From: Myxococcota bacterium
GTDB taxonomy: Bacteria; Myxococcota_A; Polyangia; Nannocystales; Nannocystaceae
Direction: 5' to 3'
DNA: 64,000 nt
Assembly (NCBI GenBank): GCA_039194325.1
Contig: JBCCWC010000001.1
Span: forward strand, 1 to 64,000
Notes under the pieces: model-generated
What the model was told of the DNA's origin: nothing
Databases searched by the model: none
What the model saw: only the letters and a program-made list of their open reading frames with translations
Shown here: piece by piece, positions 32,198 to 44,700 of the stretch
Position numbering within the stretch: position 1 is the first letter of the stretch
Layout: every line of letters starts with the position of its first letter
Position numbers and translations under genes: made by a program

Positions 32198-33358
32198 TCA
32201 TGCGGGCGGTGGAGGCGGCGGCGGCAACTCCTCCTCGGGCAGGATCACGGTCTTGGAGTAAAAGCGGATCTTGTTGGGCCCGGGGTCGACATAGCCGTCA
32301 CACGACGGCGGCTGCCAGTTGTGCACGGGCGGCTCGTTGCCCAGCCTCTTGGCGGGGCAGACGACTTCTTCACGGCTGAGGTTGTCGGTGCGGGGGGTGT
32401 CCACGCAGATCACGCCATTGGGCCCCCAGACCGCCTCGAGCGTGGAGCCCGGGAGCGAGATGACCTCCTGGAAGGTCATCTCGCTCCCGGGCGTGAAGTT
32501 GTCGTACATCTCCAGCGAGTTGCCCGGGTAGGTGTAGGGATGGCCGTCTGCGCAGTAGTCGGCCCGGATCACGCGGTTAGCCAGGACGAAGGTGTCCAGA
32601 TCGACGTGCTCGGGGTCATAGCCGTAGAGCGAGGCTTTACCAGGGGCGCTGGCGGTGCACGCGATGTGGTGAAGGGCGCCGTCGCTGAGGTACTCGATCT
32701 TTCCGACGTCGGCCTTGACGCGCAGTCCGTCGTAGATCCGGGCGTAGCGCTCCAGGTTGGCGTCTTCTTCGCAGATCGGGGCGATCATGGCCCCGGTGAC
32801 GGGATCGACCTTGTGGATCTCGTAGAGCGCCCCGCTGATCGGATCCTCGGCGTAGCCGACGATCTCCAGCACGACGGGGTGGGGCGGAACGCTCGGTGCG
32901 CTGATGACCTCGAGCCGAAGCTGGACCCCGATGAGCGCGTCGCCCCGATAGGCGACCTCCGGATCCTCGGGGTGGGGGCCCGTGACCACGACCTCGAGCT
33001 CGTCGGCGACGAGGGAGAAGGTGGCGACGGGCTCGTTCGTTGCCGGGTTGGCCACGTTGGTCTCGACGAGCCCGTAGTGCGCGGGGTCGTCGATCGTCAG
33101 GGTGTCCACGCGGGTCTGGTAGCCGAAGCTATTGGTATGCCAGGTGCCCTGGGGCGAGTATTCGAACACGTCGCGGGCGCTGGCGCTGACCCACTGGTTG
33201 GTGTTGTAGGTCAAGACGGTGCCCGTCCCCAGGCCGCCCCGCCGGCGAAACGAGGACGTCGTTTGGGAGCTGTCGCTGGGTTGGTCACATGCGCCCGTGA
33301 CCATCGAGAGCCCCATGGCCAGGGGCAGGGCTAGGAATGCGTCGTACTTGCCGCTCAT
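32198..33358 (-). CDS. ADYC-domain lipoprotein with poly-Pro tail
   Basis: TGAC lipobox, RVIRADYCADG motif, EAVWGPNGVICV, ends PPPPPPPA; GGAG RBS before ATG 33358. Confidence 0.85.
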   Translation of the reverse strand: MSGKYDAFLALPLAMGLSMVTGACDQPSDSSQTTSSFRRRGGLGTGTVLTYNTNQWVSASARDVFEYSPQGTWHTNSFGYQTRVDTLTIDDPAHYGLVETNVANPATNEPVATFSLVADELEVVVTGPHPEDPEVAYRGDALIGVQLRLEVISAPSVPPHPVVLEIVGYAEDPISGALYEIHKVDPVTGAMIAPICEEDANLERYARIYDGLRVKADVGKIEYLSDGALHHIACTASAPGKASLYGYDPEHVDLDTFVLANRVIRADYCADGHPYTYPGNSLEMYDNFTPGSEMTFQEVISLPGSTLEAVWGPNGVICVDTPRTDNLSREEVVCPAKRLGNEPPVHNWQPPSCDGYVDPGPNKIRFYSKTVILPEEELPPPPPPPA

Positions 33359-33484
33359 CGTCGTTCTCCTGCATGCGTCCCATGCACTCCGACTACCCCC
33401 CCACACTCGACAAGTGCGCCTCGCGGGGAAAAGAATTCAGAAAAACGCTGCTCGTTCGAGACCAAGCGAGGGCGTGAACCAGGA

Positions 33485-36400
33485 ATGCGCAAAAACGCGC
33501 TGTTCTTGATTGCGTGGTGCTCTCGCTCCTTGCGAGCGGCGTCGATGCGTGGGGTGATGGTTGCGCTGGTCGTGGTGCCGGGGATTTCGCAAGAGCAGAC
33601 GCAAGAGGGCACTCCCCGCGCGGCGCCGAGTGCGGATGCTGTTCAAGCGAACATCGACACTGCCCACGACACGAGGGGTGACCAGGTCCTCGCCCCGCTG
33701 GGGGCAGGGGGGATCGTTCAAAGGGGGATCCGCGACGTCGTTCGGGAGCGGCTGTTCAACAAGGCGCCCGCCGAGCAGCGGATCGGGCGCTACATCGTGT
33801 TGCAGCGGATCGGTCGGGGCGGTATGGGCATGGTGTTCGCCGCCTACGACGAGGAGCTTGACCGCAAGGTCGCCATCAAGCTCCTCGATGCCCACGGCCG
33901 GGTCGGCGATGTGTCCAAGCTACGACTCAAGCGCGAGGCCCAGGCGATGGCTCGTCTGTCGCACCCCAACGTGGCCACGGTGCACGAGGTCGGGGAGGCC
34001 GACGACGAGGTCTACGTGGCGATGGAGTTCATCCGCGGCGAGAGCCTCGACATGTGGATCCGCACCAAGCCGCCATGGCGCGAGGTGCAGGAGGTCTTCA
34101 TCCAGGCCGGCCGGGGCCTGGCGGCGGCCCACGCTGCCGGCATCGTGCACCGTGATCTCAAGCCGCACAACATCATGCGGGGCGAGGATGGCACGGTCAA
34201 AGTGCTCGACTTCGGGCTGGCGCGCACGGACGGAGAGGAGCACTGGGAGCCCGACAGCCAGCCGGGCAGCCAGCCCGACAGCCAGCCCAGCAGCGGCAGC
34301 GGCTCGGCGCTGGCGGTGGATCTGACGCGTACGGGGGCGGTCTTGGGAACCCCCGCCTACATGGCGCCCGAGCAGCACATGGGCGAGGTTGCCGATGCGC
34401 GCAGCGATCAGTTCAGCTTCTGCGTGACGCTCTACGAGGCCCTGTACGGGCAGCACCCCTTCGATTGCACGACGCTGGCCAGCCTGGTCAACAGCGTGCG
34501 CAACAACGACCTGCGGCCGCCTCCGGCCGGGAGTGCCGTGCCCTCGTGGGTGTTTCGGATCGTCTCGCGAGGACTCAGCCACGATCCCGAGCAGCGCTGG
34601 TCTTCGGTCCAGGACCTCATCGATGCGCTCGCACAAGACCCGGCCCGCACGCAGCGTCGCTGGCTAGCGGCCGCGGGGTTGGTCGTGATCGCGGGGCTTT
34701 TGGGCTTTGGCCTCTCGGAGTTTCGCGGGTTGTGGGGGCAGATGTGCCCGGGGGCGTCTGTCCATCAAGAAGGCTTGTGGCCGGCGGCGCAGCGTGAACG
34801 GGTCATCCAGGCGTTCCAGGCCACGGGCAGTCCGCTGGCGACCGACACGGCGGCGCGGGTGACCGCCCTGGTCGACATCTACGTGCGAGCCTGGGCGCGT
34901 ATGCGGACCGAGGCCTGCGAAGCTCACCGCCAGGGTCGACAGTCCGACCGGTTCTTCGATCTGCGGACCGCGTGCCTGGACGAACGTCGCGCGGGGCTCG
35001 ACGAGCTGCTCACGGCGTTCGAGGCCGCGCACAGATCCACGGTCGAGAATGCGACCTGGGCGGCGGCGAGCCTGCCCTCGCTGTCGGTGTGTGCGGATCT
35101 CCAGGCGCTCACCGCTGCCGTGCCCCCGCCCGAGGATCGGCTGACCTCGACCGAGGTCCGAGCCCAGCGCGAGGTCCTGGCCAGCGTGGCCTCGCAATCG
35201 CTCATGGGTGCATATGACGACGCCGCCGACCAGGCCCGAAGGGTGCTCGACGACGCGAACCTGCTGGGCTACGAGCCGCTCATGGCCGAGGCTCAGCTGC
35301 GACTGGGCGCCGTATTGCTCGAAGCTCACCAGCACCAGCCGGCGCACGACATGCTCTCGGCCGCCGTCGATAGCGGCCTGCGCTCGGGTCATGACGAGGT
35401 CGTGGTGGAGGCGCTTGCGCGGCGTATGTGGGTGGCGGCCGATCCCCTGCGTCGACCCACCGAGGGCCTATGGGACGGCTCGATCGCGACGTCGCTCAAC
35501 GAGAAGATCGGGCGACCCACCCGCTTGTCTTGGTTGTTGCTCAACAACCGCGGGGCGGCTTTGTTTCGCGGGGGCCTTCACCAGGACGCGGAGCGATCCT
35601 ATCGAGATGCGCTCGCGGTCATCGAGGCCCAGGGATCTTCTCAGTACCCGGTGGAGCTCATCTCCACCCGTACGAACCTGGCGATCTTGTTGTCTAGCGG
35701 TCTGGGGCGGCCCGGGGAAGCGGCTCGGGAGTTTCGCGCGGTGAGGACCCAGACGATCGAGTTCTTGGGCCGTGGACACCCTCGGGCGTCCGGGTACTGG
35801 TACCTGGTTGCCGAGAGCCTCATCGCGGTGGGCCGCTACCGGGAGGCTCTGGACGAGCTGAACGAAGGGATGTCCACGCTGGAGCCCTCGGCTCGTTACC
35901 TGCGCGGGCTGTACTTGGTCGAGCTTTCGCACTTGCACTCGATCCTCCGTCGCGACACCCAGGCGTTCGAGCTGGCGAGCTCGGCCATGGAGCTCGGCTC
36001 GGAGGCGTTTCCCGACGATCATCTCATGTCCGCGGCTCGGTGGTTCCGCGGGATCGCCCAGATCGGCCTGGGCCAGACCGCGGCCGGAGTCGCCGATCTT
36101 CACCGTGCCGTCGAGCTGGGGCTGGAGCGCTCGGGCCCGGACCACGAGTTCGTGGCCACCGCGCGGTGGTGGGCGGGGCATGGCCTTGTGCGGGCGGGTC
36201 AGCTCGACGAGGCGATCGAGCAGCTCGAGCGCGCCCATGCGATCTTCGCGGGCCTGGGGCCCAGCGCGTCCGCCTACCTCGGGCGACAGTCGTTTCGCTT
36301 GGTGGACGCCTACCTGGAGCGAGGGGAGCTGGCGTCCGCCGAGGCCCTCATCGCCGAGACGATCCGGGCGCAGGAGCGCGCGGGGTTTCCCTCCGATGGC

Positions 36401-36736
36401 GAGCATCGGTCGCTATTGCTGATGTCGCGCGCTGATCTGTGGGCCGCCCGCGGGGAGCAGGTCCGAGCGCTCGTCGACTACGAGCGAGCTTGCGAGTACT
36501 TCGAGCGGGCGCACGATGCCGACGACCCGGTGCTGGCCCGCTGCCGTTTTGCGTGGGCCCGAGCGGTGGGCCCCGGTCCCCAGGCCAACCGGCTGGCGCG
36601 GTCGGCCCTGGCCACGTACGAGTCGCTCGGCGAGGGCTTCGCGCTCGAGCGCGCCGAGGTGGAGGTGTTCTTGGCGGACACTCCCTCGGGAGTCGAGCCG
36701 CTCGCGGCCCGTGGTCACCCCCCCGCGCGGCCGTAG
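33485..36736 (+). CDS. Membrane Ser/Thr kinase with divergent TPR region
   Basis: IGRGGMG, VAIK, HRDLKPHN, DFG, GTPAYMAPE, TM helix. True start is probably downstream of 33485. Confidence 0.94.
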   Translation: MRKNALFLIAWCSRSLRAASMRGVMVALVVVPGISQEQTQEGTPRAAPSADAVQANIDTAHDTRGDQVLAPLGAGGIVQRGIRDVVRERLFNKAPAEQRIGRYIVLQRIGRGGMGMVFAAYDEELDRKVAIKLLDAHGRVGDVSKLRLKREAQAMARLSHPNVATVHEVGEADDEVYVAMEFIRGESLDMWIRTKPPWREVQEVFIQAGRGLAAAHAAGIVHRDLKPHNIMRGEDGTVKVLDFGLARTDGEEHWEPDSQPGSQPDSQPSSGSGSALAVDLTRTGAVLGTPAYMAPEQHMGEVADARSDQFSFCVTLYEALYGQHPFDCTTLASLVNSVRNNDLRPPPAGSAVPSWVFRIVSRGLSHDPEQRWSSVQDLIDALAQDPARTQRRWLAAAGLVVIAGLLGFGLSEFRGLWGQMCPGASVHQEGLWPAAQRERVIQAFQATGSPLATDTAARVTALVDIYVRAWARMRTEACEAHRQGRQSDRFFDLRTACLDERRAGLDELLTAFEAAHRSTVENATWAAASLPSLSVCADLQALTAAVPPPEDRLTSTEVRAQREVLASVASQSLMGAYDDAADQARRVLDDANLLGYEPLMAEAQLRLGAVLLEAHQHQPAHDMLSAAVDSGLRSGHDEVVVEALARRMWVAADPLRRPTEGLWDGSIATSLNEKIGRPTRLSWLLLNNRGAALFRGGLHQDAERSYRDALAVIEAQGSSQYPVELISTRTNLAILLSSGLGRPGEAAREFRAVRTQTIEFLGRGHPRASGYWYLVAESLIAVGRYREALDELNEGMSTLEPSARYLRGLYLVELSHLHSILRRDTQAFELASSAMELGSEAFPDDHLMSAARWFRGIAQIGLGQTAAGVADLHRAVELGLERSGPDHEFVATARWWAGHGLVRAGQLDEAIEQLERAHAIFAGLGPSASAYLGRQSFRLVDAYLERGELASAEALIAETIRAQERAGFPSDGEHRSLLLMSRADLWAARGEQVRALVDYERACEYFERAHDADDPVLARCRFAWARAVGPGPQANRLARSALATYESLGEGFALERAEVEVFLADTPSGVEPLAARGHPPARP

Positions 36737-36837
36737 CGTCGTATGCGTATCGAGCCCCGCGGCCGGGCGAGCCGATCGGTCGATTTTCTGAGCTGATCTG
36801 CCGAGTTTTTGCCCCCGCGCCTGCCTAGGCTGGAAGC

Positions 36838-37470
36838 ATGAACGCTCGAACCCAACGCACGCAAGGCGCCTGGCGCCGGTCCATGGTCACGCTATGTTCG
36901 GCCGGGTTGGCGATCTCTTCGCTCGGTTGTGACCCGGGGGCCGCGACGCAGACGCCCGACGCCGAGCCCGAGATCCCGCTCCAGGACGCGCCCGACGCAC
37001 CGCAGAGTCTCACCCTCTCGAGTCGCGACTTCGAGGACGGCGCGGCGCTCCAGCGCAAGCACGAGTTTGCCGGCTTTGGCTGCACCGGGGACAACGTGGC
37101 GCCCCCGCTTTCTTGGGAGGGTGCGCCGTCCGAGACCGAGAGCTATGCCCTGGTCGTCCACGATCCCGATGCGCCCACGGGGGTCGGGTTCTTCCACTGG
37201 GTCGTGGTCGACATCCCCGCCGACGTGACCGAGCTAGACGCGGCGAACCTACCCTCGGGGGCCCGGGCCCTTTACACCGACTACGCCCAGACGGGCTTCG
37301 GTGGCCCCTGTCCCCCTCCCGGTGCGCCCCATCGCTATGTCTTTAGCGTCTACGCCCTCGACGTCGAGCAGCTCGAGGTCCCCGACGGCGCGACGGGGGC
37401 GCTCACGCGCTTCGTGCTGGCCAACCACACGCTCGCCTATGGGCGTTTGGTGGGGACCTACGAGCGCTGA
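36838..37470 (+). CDS. YbhB/YbcL-family PEBP (Raf kinase inhibitor-like) lipoprotein
   Basis: DPDAP, FFHW, GPCPP, HRYVFSVYALD; SLGC lipobox. Confidence 0.95.
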   Translation: MNARTQRTQGAWRRSMVTLCSAGLAISSLGCDPGAATQTPDAEPEIPLQDAPDAPQSLTLSSRDFEDGAALQRKHEFAGFGCTGDNVAPPLSWEGAPSETESYALVVHDPDAPTGVGFFHWVVVDIPADVTELDAANLPSGARALYTDYAQTGFGGPCPPPGAPHRYVFSVYALDVEQLEVPDGATGALTRFVLANHTLAYGRLVGTYER

Positions 37471-37484
37471 GAGGCTATGCTGCG

Positions 37485-38405
37485 ATGGTGGCCGCGCGTA
37501 CGCTTCGAGTCCCCGGCGACCTGCTCGACCAGCCCGTCTATTCCCACTGCCGGCTCGCCCAGGGCTGCGTCGTGTCCTATGCGAGCCAGCGGGGGATGAC
37601 GGCCCAGCGGGTCTTGGTCACGGAGCTGCTCGTCGTCCACGTTCGGCGCGGGCTCAAGCGTCTCCACTCGTGTCACGACCTCGACGCCCGGGATGTGCCC
37701 GCGGGGCAGCTGGTGGTCATTCCCCCGGGCTTGTGCTTCATGAGTGAGCTCGTCGAGGGCAAGGGCGTGTCCTTCACCGACTACAGCAGCACGGTGATCG
37801 CCCTTTCCGGAGACTTCCTCGCCGACAGCTCGCTCGAACCCCAGCATCAACCCCGGCAAGCCGGGGGCGCACCCGAAGGGCCACCCGACGGGCTACCAGT
37901 CGGGCCATGGGCTCCCCTGGTCGTCGAGCCACAGCCCTACCTCGACTCGGTGCTCCGCACCTTGCCGACCAAGCTCGCGTCGGCCCCCGACGATCGGCTC
38001 CTCGAGCTGCAGCTGCGCGAGCTGCTCATCACGCTCGAACACAGCAGCGCCGCGCCCTTACTCGCCCGGGTCGCTCGGGAGGTACGCTCCGACGCCGACG
38101 CGCGCCTGCGCAGCGTGGTCACCCGCCATCGCGGTGCGCCGATCCAGCTCGATGAGATGGCGACCCTGTGCGGTCGCAGCCTGTCGAGCTTCAAGCGCGA
38201 CTTCCAGCGCCTGTTTGGGACCTCGCCGGGTCGCTGGCAGCAGGACATGCGCCTGGAGCACGCCGCCGCGCTCTTGCGACGACGCGCTCACAACGTCACG
38301 CAGGTCGCGTCGATGGCCGGCTTTGGCGATCCATCGAGCTTCATTCGGGCCTTTCGAGCCAAGTACGGGATCACTCCCAAGCAGCTTCAGCTGCACGGGG
38401 CCTAG
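37485..38405 (+). CDS. AraC-family transcriptional regulator
   Basis: RSLSSFKRDF..FGTSP..W and GF.DPSSFIRAFRAKYGITP. Confidence 0.95.
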   Translation: MVAARTLRVPGDLLDQPVYSHCRLAQGCVVSYASQRGMTAQRVLVTELLVVHVRRGLKRLHSCHDLDARDVPAGQLVVIPPGLCFMSELVEGKGVSFTDYSSTVIALSGDFLADSSLEPQHQPRQAGGAPEGPPDGLPVGPWAPLVVEPQPYLDSVLRTLPTKLASAPDDRLLELQLRELLITLEHSSAAPLLARVAREVRSDADARLRSVVTRHRGAPIQLDEMATLCGRSLSSFKRDFQRLFGTSPGRWQQDMRLEHAAALLRRRAHNVTQVASMAGFGDPSSFIRAFRAKYGITPKQLQLHGA

Positions 38406-40069
38406 CGGCCCGTCCTCGTTTGGCCTCGTCCGGCCCTTCGCCGAGCTCGCGCCGCGACCCCGAGCAGCAGGATCACCAGACCGGGGGGAGCGGGGGAGCC
38501 CCCGCCCCGGCAGCCGCATCCGGTGACTCGTCCGCCGCCCATGGACAAGCCGGTGGTCGGGTTGCCGGGGGCGGGGGCGGGGGAGCCGGTCGTCGAGTCG
38601 CCGCCGCTCTCGTCCACGCTCGCTGAGTCACCGCCCGAGGTCTCGCCTACGGAGGAATCACCGTCGGTGTCGGGCGGGGGCGGGGGCGGGGGAGCATCGC
38701 CGTCCCACTCGTAGGCGCCCACGTCCACGGCGTCGCCCACCGGGCGGAAGGTCCCGTCTCGGTCCAGGGTTACGCCGTCGAGCTCGACGCCCGCATCGAT
38801 AGGCTCAGAGCCCGCCACCAGGTGATAGTCGTGGCGATCGACGTCGACGAAGACCGAGGCGCCCACGGCCCGGTTGGCGCGCCCTCTGGCGGCCTCGTCG
38901 GGCAGTGTATCGCCGAGGACCAGCAGGTTCTCGACCCTTAGATCGACCGGCGGGTCGCCCCCGCCGTCAATGAAGGCCTCGGTCACGGCGGCGCCGAAGG
39001 TGCTCGCCAGCACGCTCGCGCCGGCGAGCCCGTCGGCGTAGCGCACGGCCGCGTCCACGTCGTAGAGCACCGCGGTCTGGATCCGTACCTGGGCGGGCCC
39101 CCGCAGGTCGAAGGCCACCGCGCTGTCGTAGACGGTGACCCGGTCGATCAATGCATCGACGTCTTCCTTCAGATCGAACGCGGCCTGCTGCGCGCCGCCT
39201 CCCCGGTAACCCCAGGCGATCGTGTCTTCCACCTCCACCCGCGGCGGGTCGCCTGCGCCGTCGAGGGCCTTGCCCACCCGGGTGCTCAGCGCGCTACGCC
39301 CGATCACCGTGCCGGCCGGGATCGTGCCGGCGTCCTCGTCGAGCGCGCCGGCCCAGAACAAACAGCGACGGATCCGCAGGTCGCTCCAGGCCAGCCGGGG
39401 CGCCGAGGTCTGCACCGCATCGCCGGAGGTCAGGAAGATCTGGGTGTCGCGGATCTCCACGTCGACGATCTGGTCGCCGACGAGCCCGTGGGCCTCGCCG
39501 GGCACGCCGCCGTCGTCGACCACGCAGTGGTGGATCGAGGCGTTGGCTACGAGCACTCCCGCGGTGGTGTGGAGGTCGATGCAGTCACCCCCGGCGCGCC
39601 GCACCTCCACGTCGAGCAACTCCAGGGAATCGGCGCCGTCGGCATCGATCGCGTCGCCCGCCCCGTAGCCGCCGTCGAACACCAGGCCCTGGAACGTGTG
39701 CCGCAGGTGGCGGGCCAGCAGCGCGGTGCCGCTGCCCTGCACGACCGCCTGCCCCGCGGGCTCGCCGACCACCGTGATGGGCGCCGCGTCCGTGCCGTCG
39801 GCCACCGTGGCGACGGGCCCATAGCTGCCGGGCGCCACGTGGACCACGTCGCCGGCCACGGCCACATCGAGCGCATCCTGGAGCTGGTCCCAGGGGTCGA
39901 GCCGGCTGCCATCACCGCCGGGCCCCGCGCTCGCGTCGACGTAGAGATCCGCCGCCTTGGCCGGGCCCGATCCGCCGAGCATGGTGGCCATGACCGTGCC
40001 GAGGATCCCCGAGCGCACCACCCATGCGCCCCGATCCATGGTCGAGTGAGGCATGGTCGAGTGAGGCAT
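38402..40069 (-). CDS. Right-handed beta-helix surface protein with MYXO-CTERM sorting tail
   Basis: LYVD..GDGS...PW..LQDAL, DYHL..GS..IDAG..D.GAYE, then GCGC + hydrophobic stretch + RRR. Start probably 40039 or later. Confidence 0.85.
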   Translation of the reverse strand: MPHSTMPHSTMDRGAWVVRSGILGTVMATMLGGSGPAKAADLYVDASAGPGGDGSRLDPWDQLQDALDVAVAGDVVHVAPGSYGPVATVADGTDAAPITVVGEPAGQAVVQGSGTALLARHLRHTFQGLVFDGGYGAGDAIDADGADSLELLDVEVRRAGGDCIDLHTTAGVLVANASIHHCVVDDGGVPGEAHGLVGDQIVDVEIRDTQIFLTSGDAVQTSAPRLAWSDLRIRRCLFWAGALDEDAGTIPAGTVIGRSALSTRVGKALDGAGDPPRVEVEDTIAWGYRGGGAQQAAFDLKEDVDALIDRVTVYDSAVAFDLRGPAQVRIQTAVLYDVDAAVRYADGLAGASVLASTFGAAVTEAFIDGGGDPPVDLRVENLLVLGDTLPDEAARGRANRAVGASVFVDVDRHDYHLVAGSEPIDAGVELDGVTLDRDGTFRPVGDAVDVGAYEWDGDAPPPPPPPDTDGDSSVGETSGGDSASVDESGGDSTTGSPAPAPGNPTTGLSMGGGRVTGCGCRGGGSPAPPGLVILLLGVAARARRRAGRGQTRTGR

Positions 40070-40081
40070 GGTCGAGTCAGG
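40037..40081. repeat. 15-bp tandem repeat x3
   Basis: CATGGTCGAGTGAGG x2 followed by CATGGTCGAGTCAGG. Confidence 0.93.
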
Positions 40082-40346
40082 GTAGGGGATCCGGTCGGGG
40101 TTGGGGCGTGGGCTCGGCGGCGGCAGGGAGCAGGCCGCTCACGCCGTAGGGGCCGACCCACGGTGCGTCGTCGCGCGCTGTTGCGCGCTTGTGCGCTGAC
40201 CAACCCGGAGTGGGACGGCCCAGGCGTTTTCTTGCCGGGAGGAGGGTGGTATACGGCGTCCGCGCCCAACCCGCTCGTCGTGCCCTCGGCATTCTCGTAT
40301 GGCGTCGAGATCGGGGCTCGACCGGAGGCGCAGGAGTGATGTCAGC

Positions 40347-41573
<1,227 letters not shown>

Positions 41574-41586
41574 AGGATTGATTGAT

Positions 41587-41669
41587 TATCTATGCCGAGG
41601 CCGGCTCGGGATGCGCGACGGCTGTCGCGCCCGGCCTCGGTCTTTCGCACGCGGCACCCAGGATGGACG
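41587..41669 (+). repeat. Dispersed palindromic intergenic repeat, copy C
   Basis: Outer stem CCGAGGCCGG/CCGGCCTCGG and inner stem GCGCGAC/GTCGCGC; matches copies A and B. Confidence 0.85.
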
Positions 41670-41763
41670 AAGACCGGGGGCCAAGGGCTCGGGCGCAGGG
41701 CCTCGCATGACCGCGCTCACTGTGCGCGGGTCGGGGGAAACGGGGTAGACTCGCCCGGCCGCC

Positions 41764-44700
41764 ATGGCTTCGGACTCGCCCGGCTCGACCGACAGCACGC
41801 TCATCGCGGAGGACATCGACCTCGTCAAGCCTCGCGATCCGCGGCTCGGCGATCGGGTCGCCAATCGCTTCACGCTGGTGGCCATGCTGGGCGCAGGCGC
41901 CCACGGGGTGGTCTACGAGGCGGAGGACGAGTCGAGCGGTCGGCCGGTGGCCCTCAAGATGCTCTCCCGGCTCGACCCGGACGAGCTCTACCGCTTCAAG
42001 CGGGAATTCCGGGTGCTGGCCGACGTCTCCGACGAAAACCTGGTGCACCTGCACGAGCTGTTCGTCGACGAGGCGGGCGCGTTCTTCACCATGGAGCTGA
42101 TCCGGGGCACGGACTTCCTGTCGTACACCCGGGGCAACGGCGCGGGGCAGCTGGACGAAGCCCGCCTGCGCGACGCGCTGCGACAACTGTGCCAGGGCCT
42201 CGAAGCGCTGCACGGCTTCGGCCGCCTCCACCGCGATCTCAAGCCTTCCAACGTGCTGGTGAACGAGGAGGGCCACGTGTCGGTGGCCGACTTCGGCCTG
42301 GCCGAGGAGCTCCGGGTGGCGGCCATCGAGCGGGCGTTGGTGGGCACACCCGCGTATATGTCGCCCGAGCAAGCGGCGGGCATGGAGCTGACCCCCGCGA
42401 GCGACTGGTACAGCGTGGGCGTGATGCTCTACGAGGCGCTCACCGGGCGCCTTCCCTTCGCGGGCTCGTTCGGCACCCAGATGCTGCTGGCCAAGCAAGG
42501 GCCCGAGCCACCCCCCCCCTCGTCGATGGTCGACGACCTGCCCGGAGATCTCGACGCGCTGTGCTGTGCGCTGCTACGGCGAGAGCCCGACGAGCGACCC
42601 GACGGGCCCCAGATCCTGGGACAGCTGGGTCGACCAGCGACCGCCGCCTGGTCCCGACCAAACATCTCGTCGGTCACGGGACGAGACACCGAGCTGACCA
42701 GCCTCCACGAGGGGTTCGTTCACACCTGCACCGGCGAGCCCGGGCAAGCGGCGGCGTTGCTGCTGCACGGCCGCTCGGGCATGGGCAAGACCACCGTGCT
42801 CGATGCGTTCGTGGACGAGCTGGGCGAGGCGGCCCTGGTGCTGCGAGGACGCTGCTACGAGCGAGAGTCGCTGCCCTACAAGGGGCTCGACGCGATGGTC
42901 GACGAGCTACGAGGACACCTCAACCGCGACCGCGCCGGGCTCGCCCCGGTGGCCGGGGCGACCTCGCTGGCCCAGCTTTTCCCCGTGCTCGGCGACGTCA
43001 AGGGGATCGGTGACGTCCGCCACGAGCTCCCCGAAGATCCGGTGGAGCGCCGACGTCAGGCCGTGGCCGCGCTGAGCGAAGTGCTGACCCAGCTGATCCA
43101 GCGGCGACCGCTGGTGCTGATGCTCGACGATCTTCAGTGGTGCGATGCCGACACAGTGGCGATCCTGGTGGCCCTGCTGCGACCGCGGTCCCGCCCCGGC
43201 CTGCTGCTGGTCGGGAGCTACCGCGACGAAGATCTGGGGAGAGCCTCGCCGCTCGTGGGGCTCAAAGCCGAGCTCGAGCGACTGAGCGGTGAGTTTCGCT
43301 ACGAGACGATCGCGGTGGAGGCCCTGCCCCCGCCGGCCGCCCGTGAGCTGGCGCTCCAGCTGCTGGGCGAGCGAGACGACGCTGAAGCGATGGCGAACGC
43401 GATCGCAAGTGAGGCCGAAGGGAGCCCGCTGTTCATCACCGAGCTCGCGCGCTCGATCAGCGCCGGCCGCAGCCTGGCCGAAGACCGAGCCCTCACCCTC
43501 GACGACGTGATCCGCGACCGGGCCACCGAGCTACCCACGGGCGCCCGAGCGCTGCTGGAGATGTGCGTGCTGGTGGCGGGGCCGATCCACCAGGCGCTGC
43601 TGGCCGAGGCGGCGGAGGTCGAAGACGCGACCGAGATGCTGGCGCTGCTGCGCAGCCGCAGCTTCGTGCGCACCGGCGGCCCGCGCCCCGAGGACCCGGT
43701 CGAGCCCTTCCACGACAGGATCCGCACCGCAATGGCCGGAGGCCTCGACGCCGAGCGCCGCCGCAAGGGCCACGCCCGCCTGGCCGAGGTGCTGGGACGA
43801 GCCCACGTCGACCCCGAGACGGTCGCCGACCACCTGCTGGGGGCGGGCCAGCCTCAGCGCGCCGGAGAGTACGTCGCCCGTGCGGCCGGGGCCGCAGCCG
43901 ACGCCCTGGCCTTCGAACGAGCCGCCCGGCTGTACGCGCTGGCCCTCGAGCTGGTCCCCGGCCTCTGGGCCTCGCAGCCGCGCTGGCGACAAGCCCGGGC
44001 CGAGGCCCTCGCCCACGCCGGCCGCAGCGCCGAGTCGGCCGCGGCCTATCGCGAAGCCTGCCGCTACGCTCCGCCCGAGCAGGTGGTGCCGCTGCGACGC
44101 AATGCGGCCGAGCAGTTCCTGCGCAGCGGTCGGATCGACGAGGGCACCCGTGAGCTACTGGAGGTCTTCGAAGCGCTGGGGGTGTGGCATCCACCCGATC
44201 CTCGACTCGCCCTCGCCGGCTTCTTGTGGGAGCGGGCCCGGATCCGTCTGCGGGGCACCGAGTTCAAAGAACGCCCCGAGTCGGAGGTGGATCCCCACCG
44301 ACTGCTGCGGATCGACACCATCTGGACTGCCGCCACCGGCCTTCAGCAGTCCAATGTGATCGTGGGGCAGTACTTCCAGGCCCAGCACCTGCTGCTGGCG
44401 CTCGAAGCCGGCGAGCCCCATCGGGTGGCTCGCGCGCTCGGAGTCGAGGCGATCTACGCGGCCACCTCGGGCACCGAGGGAGCTGCCCAAGTCGATGAAC
44501 TGGTCGAGCGCGTGCTCGGCCTGGCCCGGCGCCTGAACGACCCGCGGGCCCAGGCGATGGCGCATCTGGCCGCGGGCACCGCCGACCTCTACCGTGGCCG
44601 CTTCGTCAGCGCACGGCCCCACCTTCTGCAGGCCGAAGATCTGATGCGCTCGCAGTGCACCAACGTGGCGTGGGAGCTGTCGATGACGCACACCTTCCTG

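Noticed and set aside
36838..37470. Kinase-inhibitor-like PEBP as regulator of the adjacent kinase
   Set aside because: It has a lipoprotein signal, so it would be separated from the cytoplasmic kinase domain; pairing with AraC is the simpler context.
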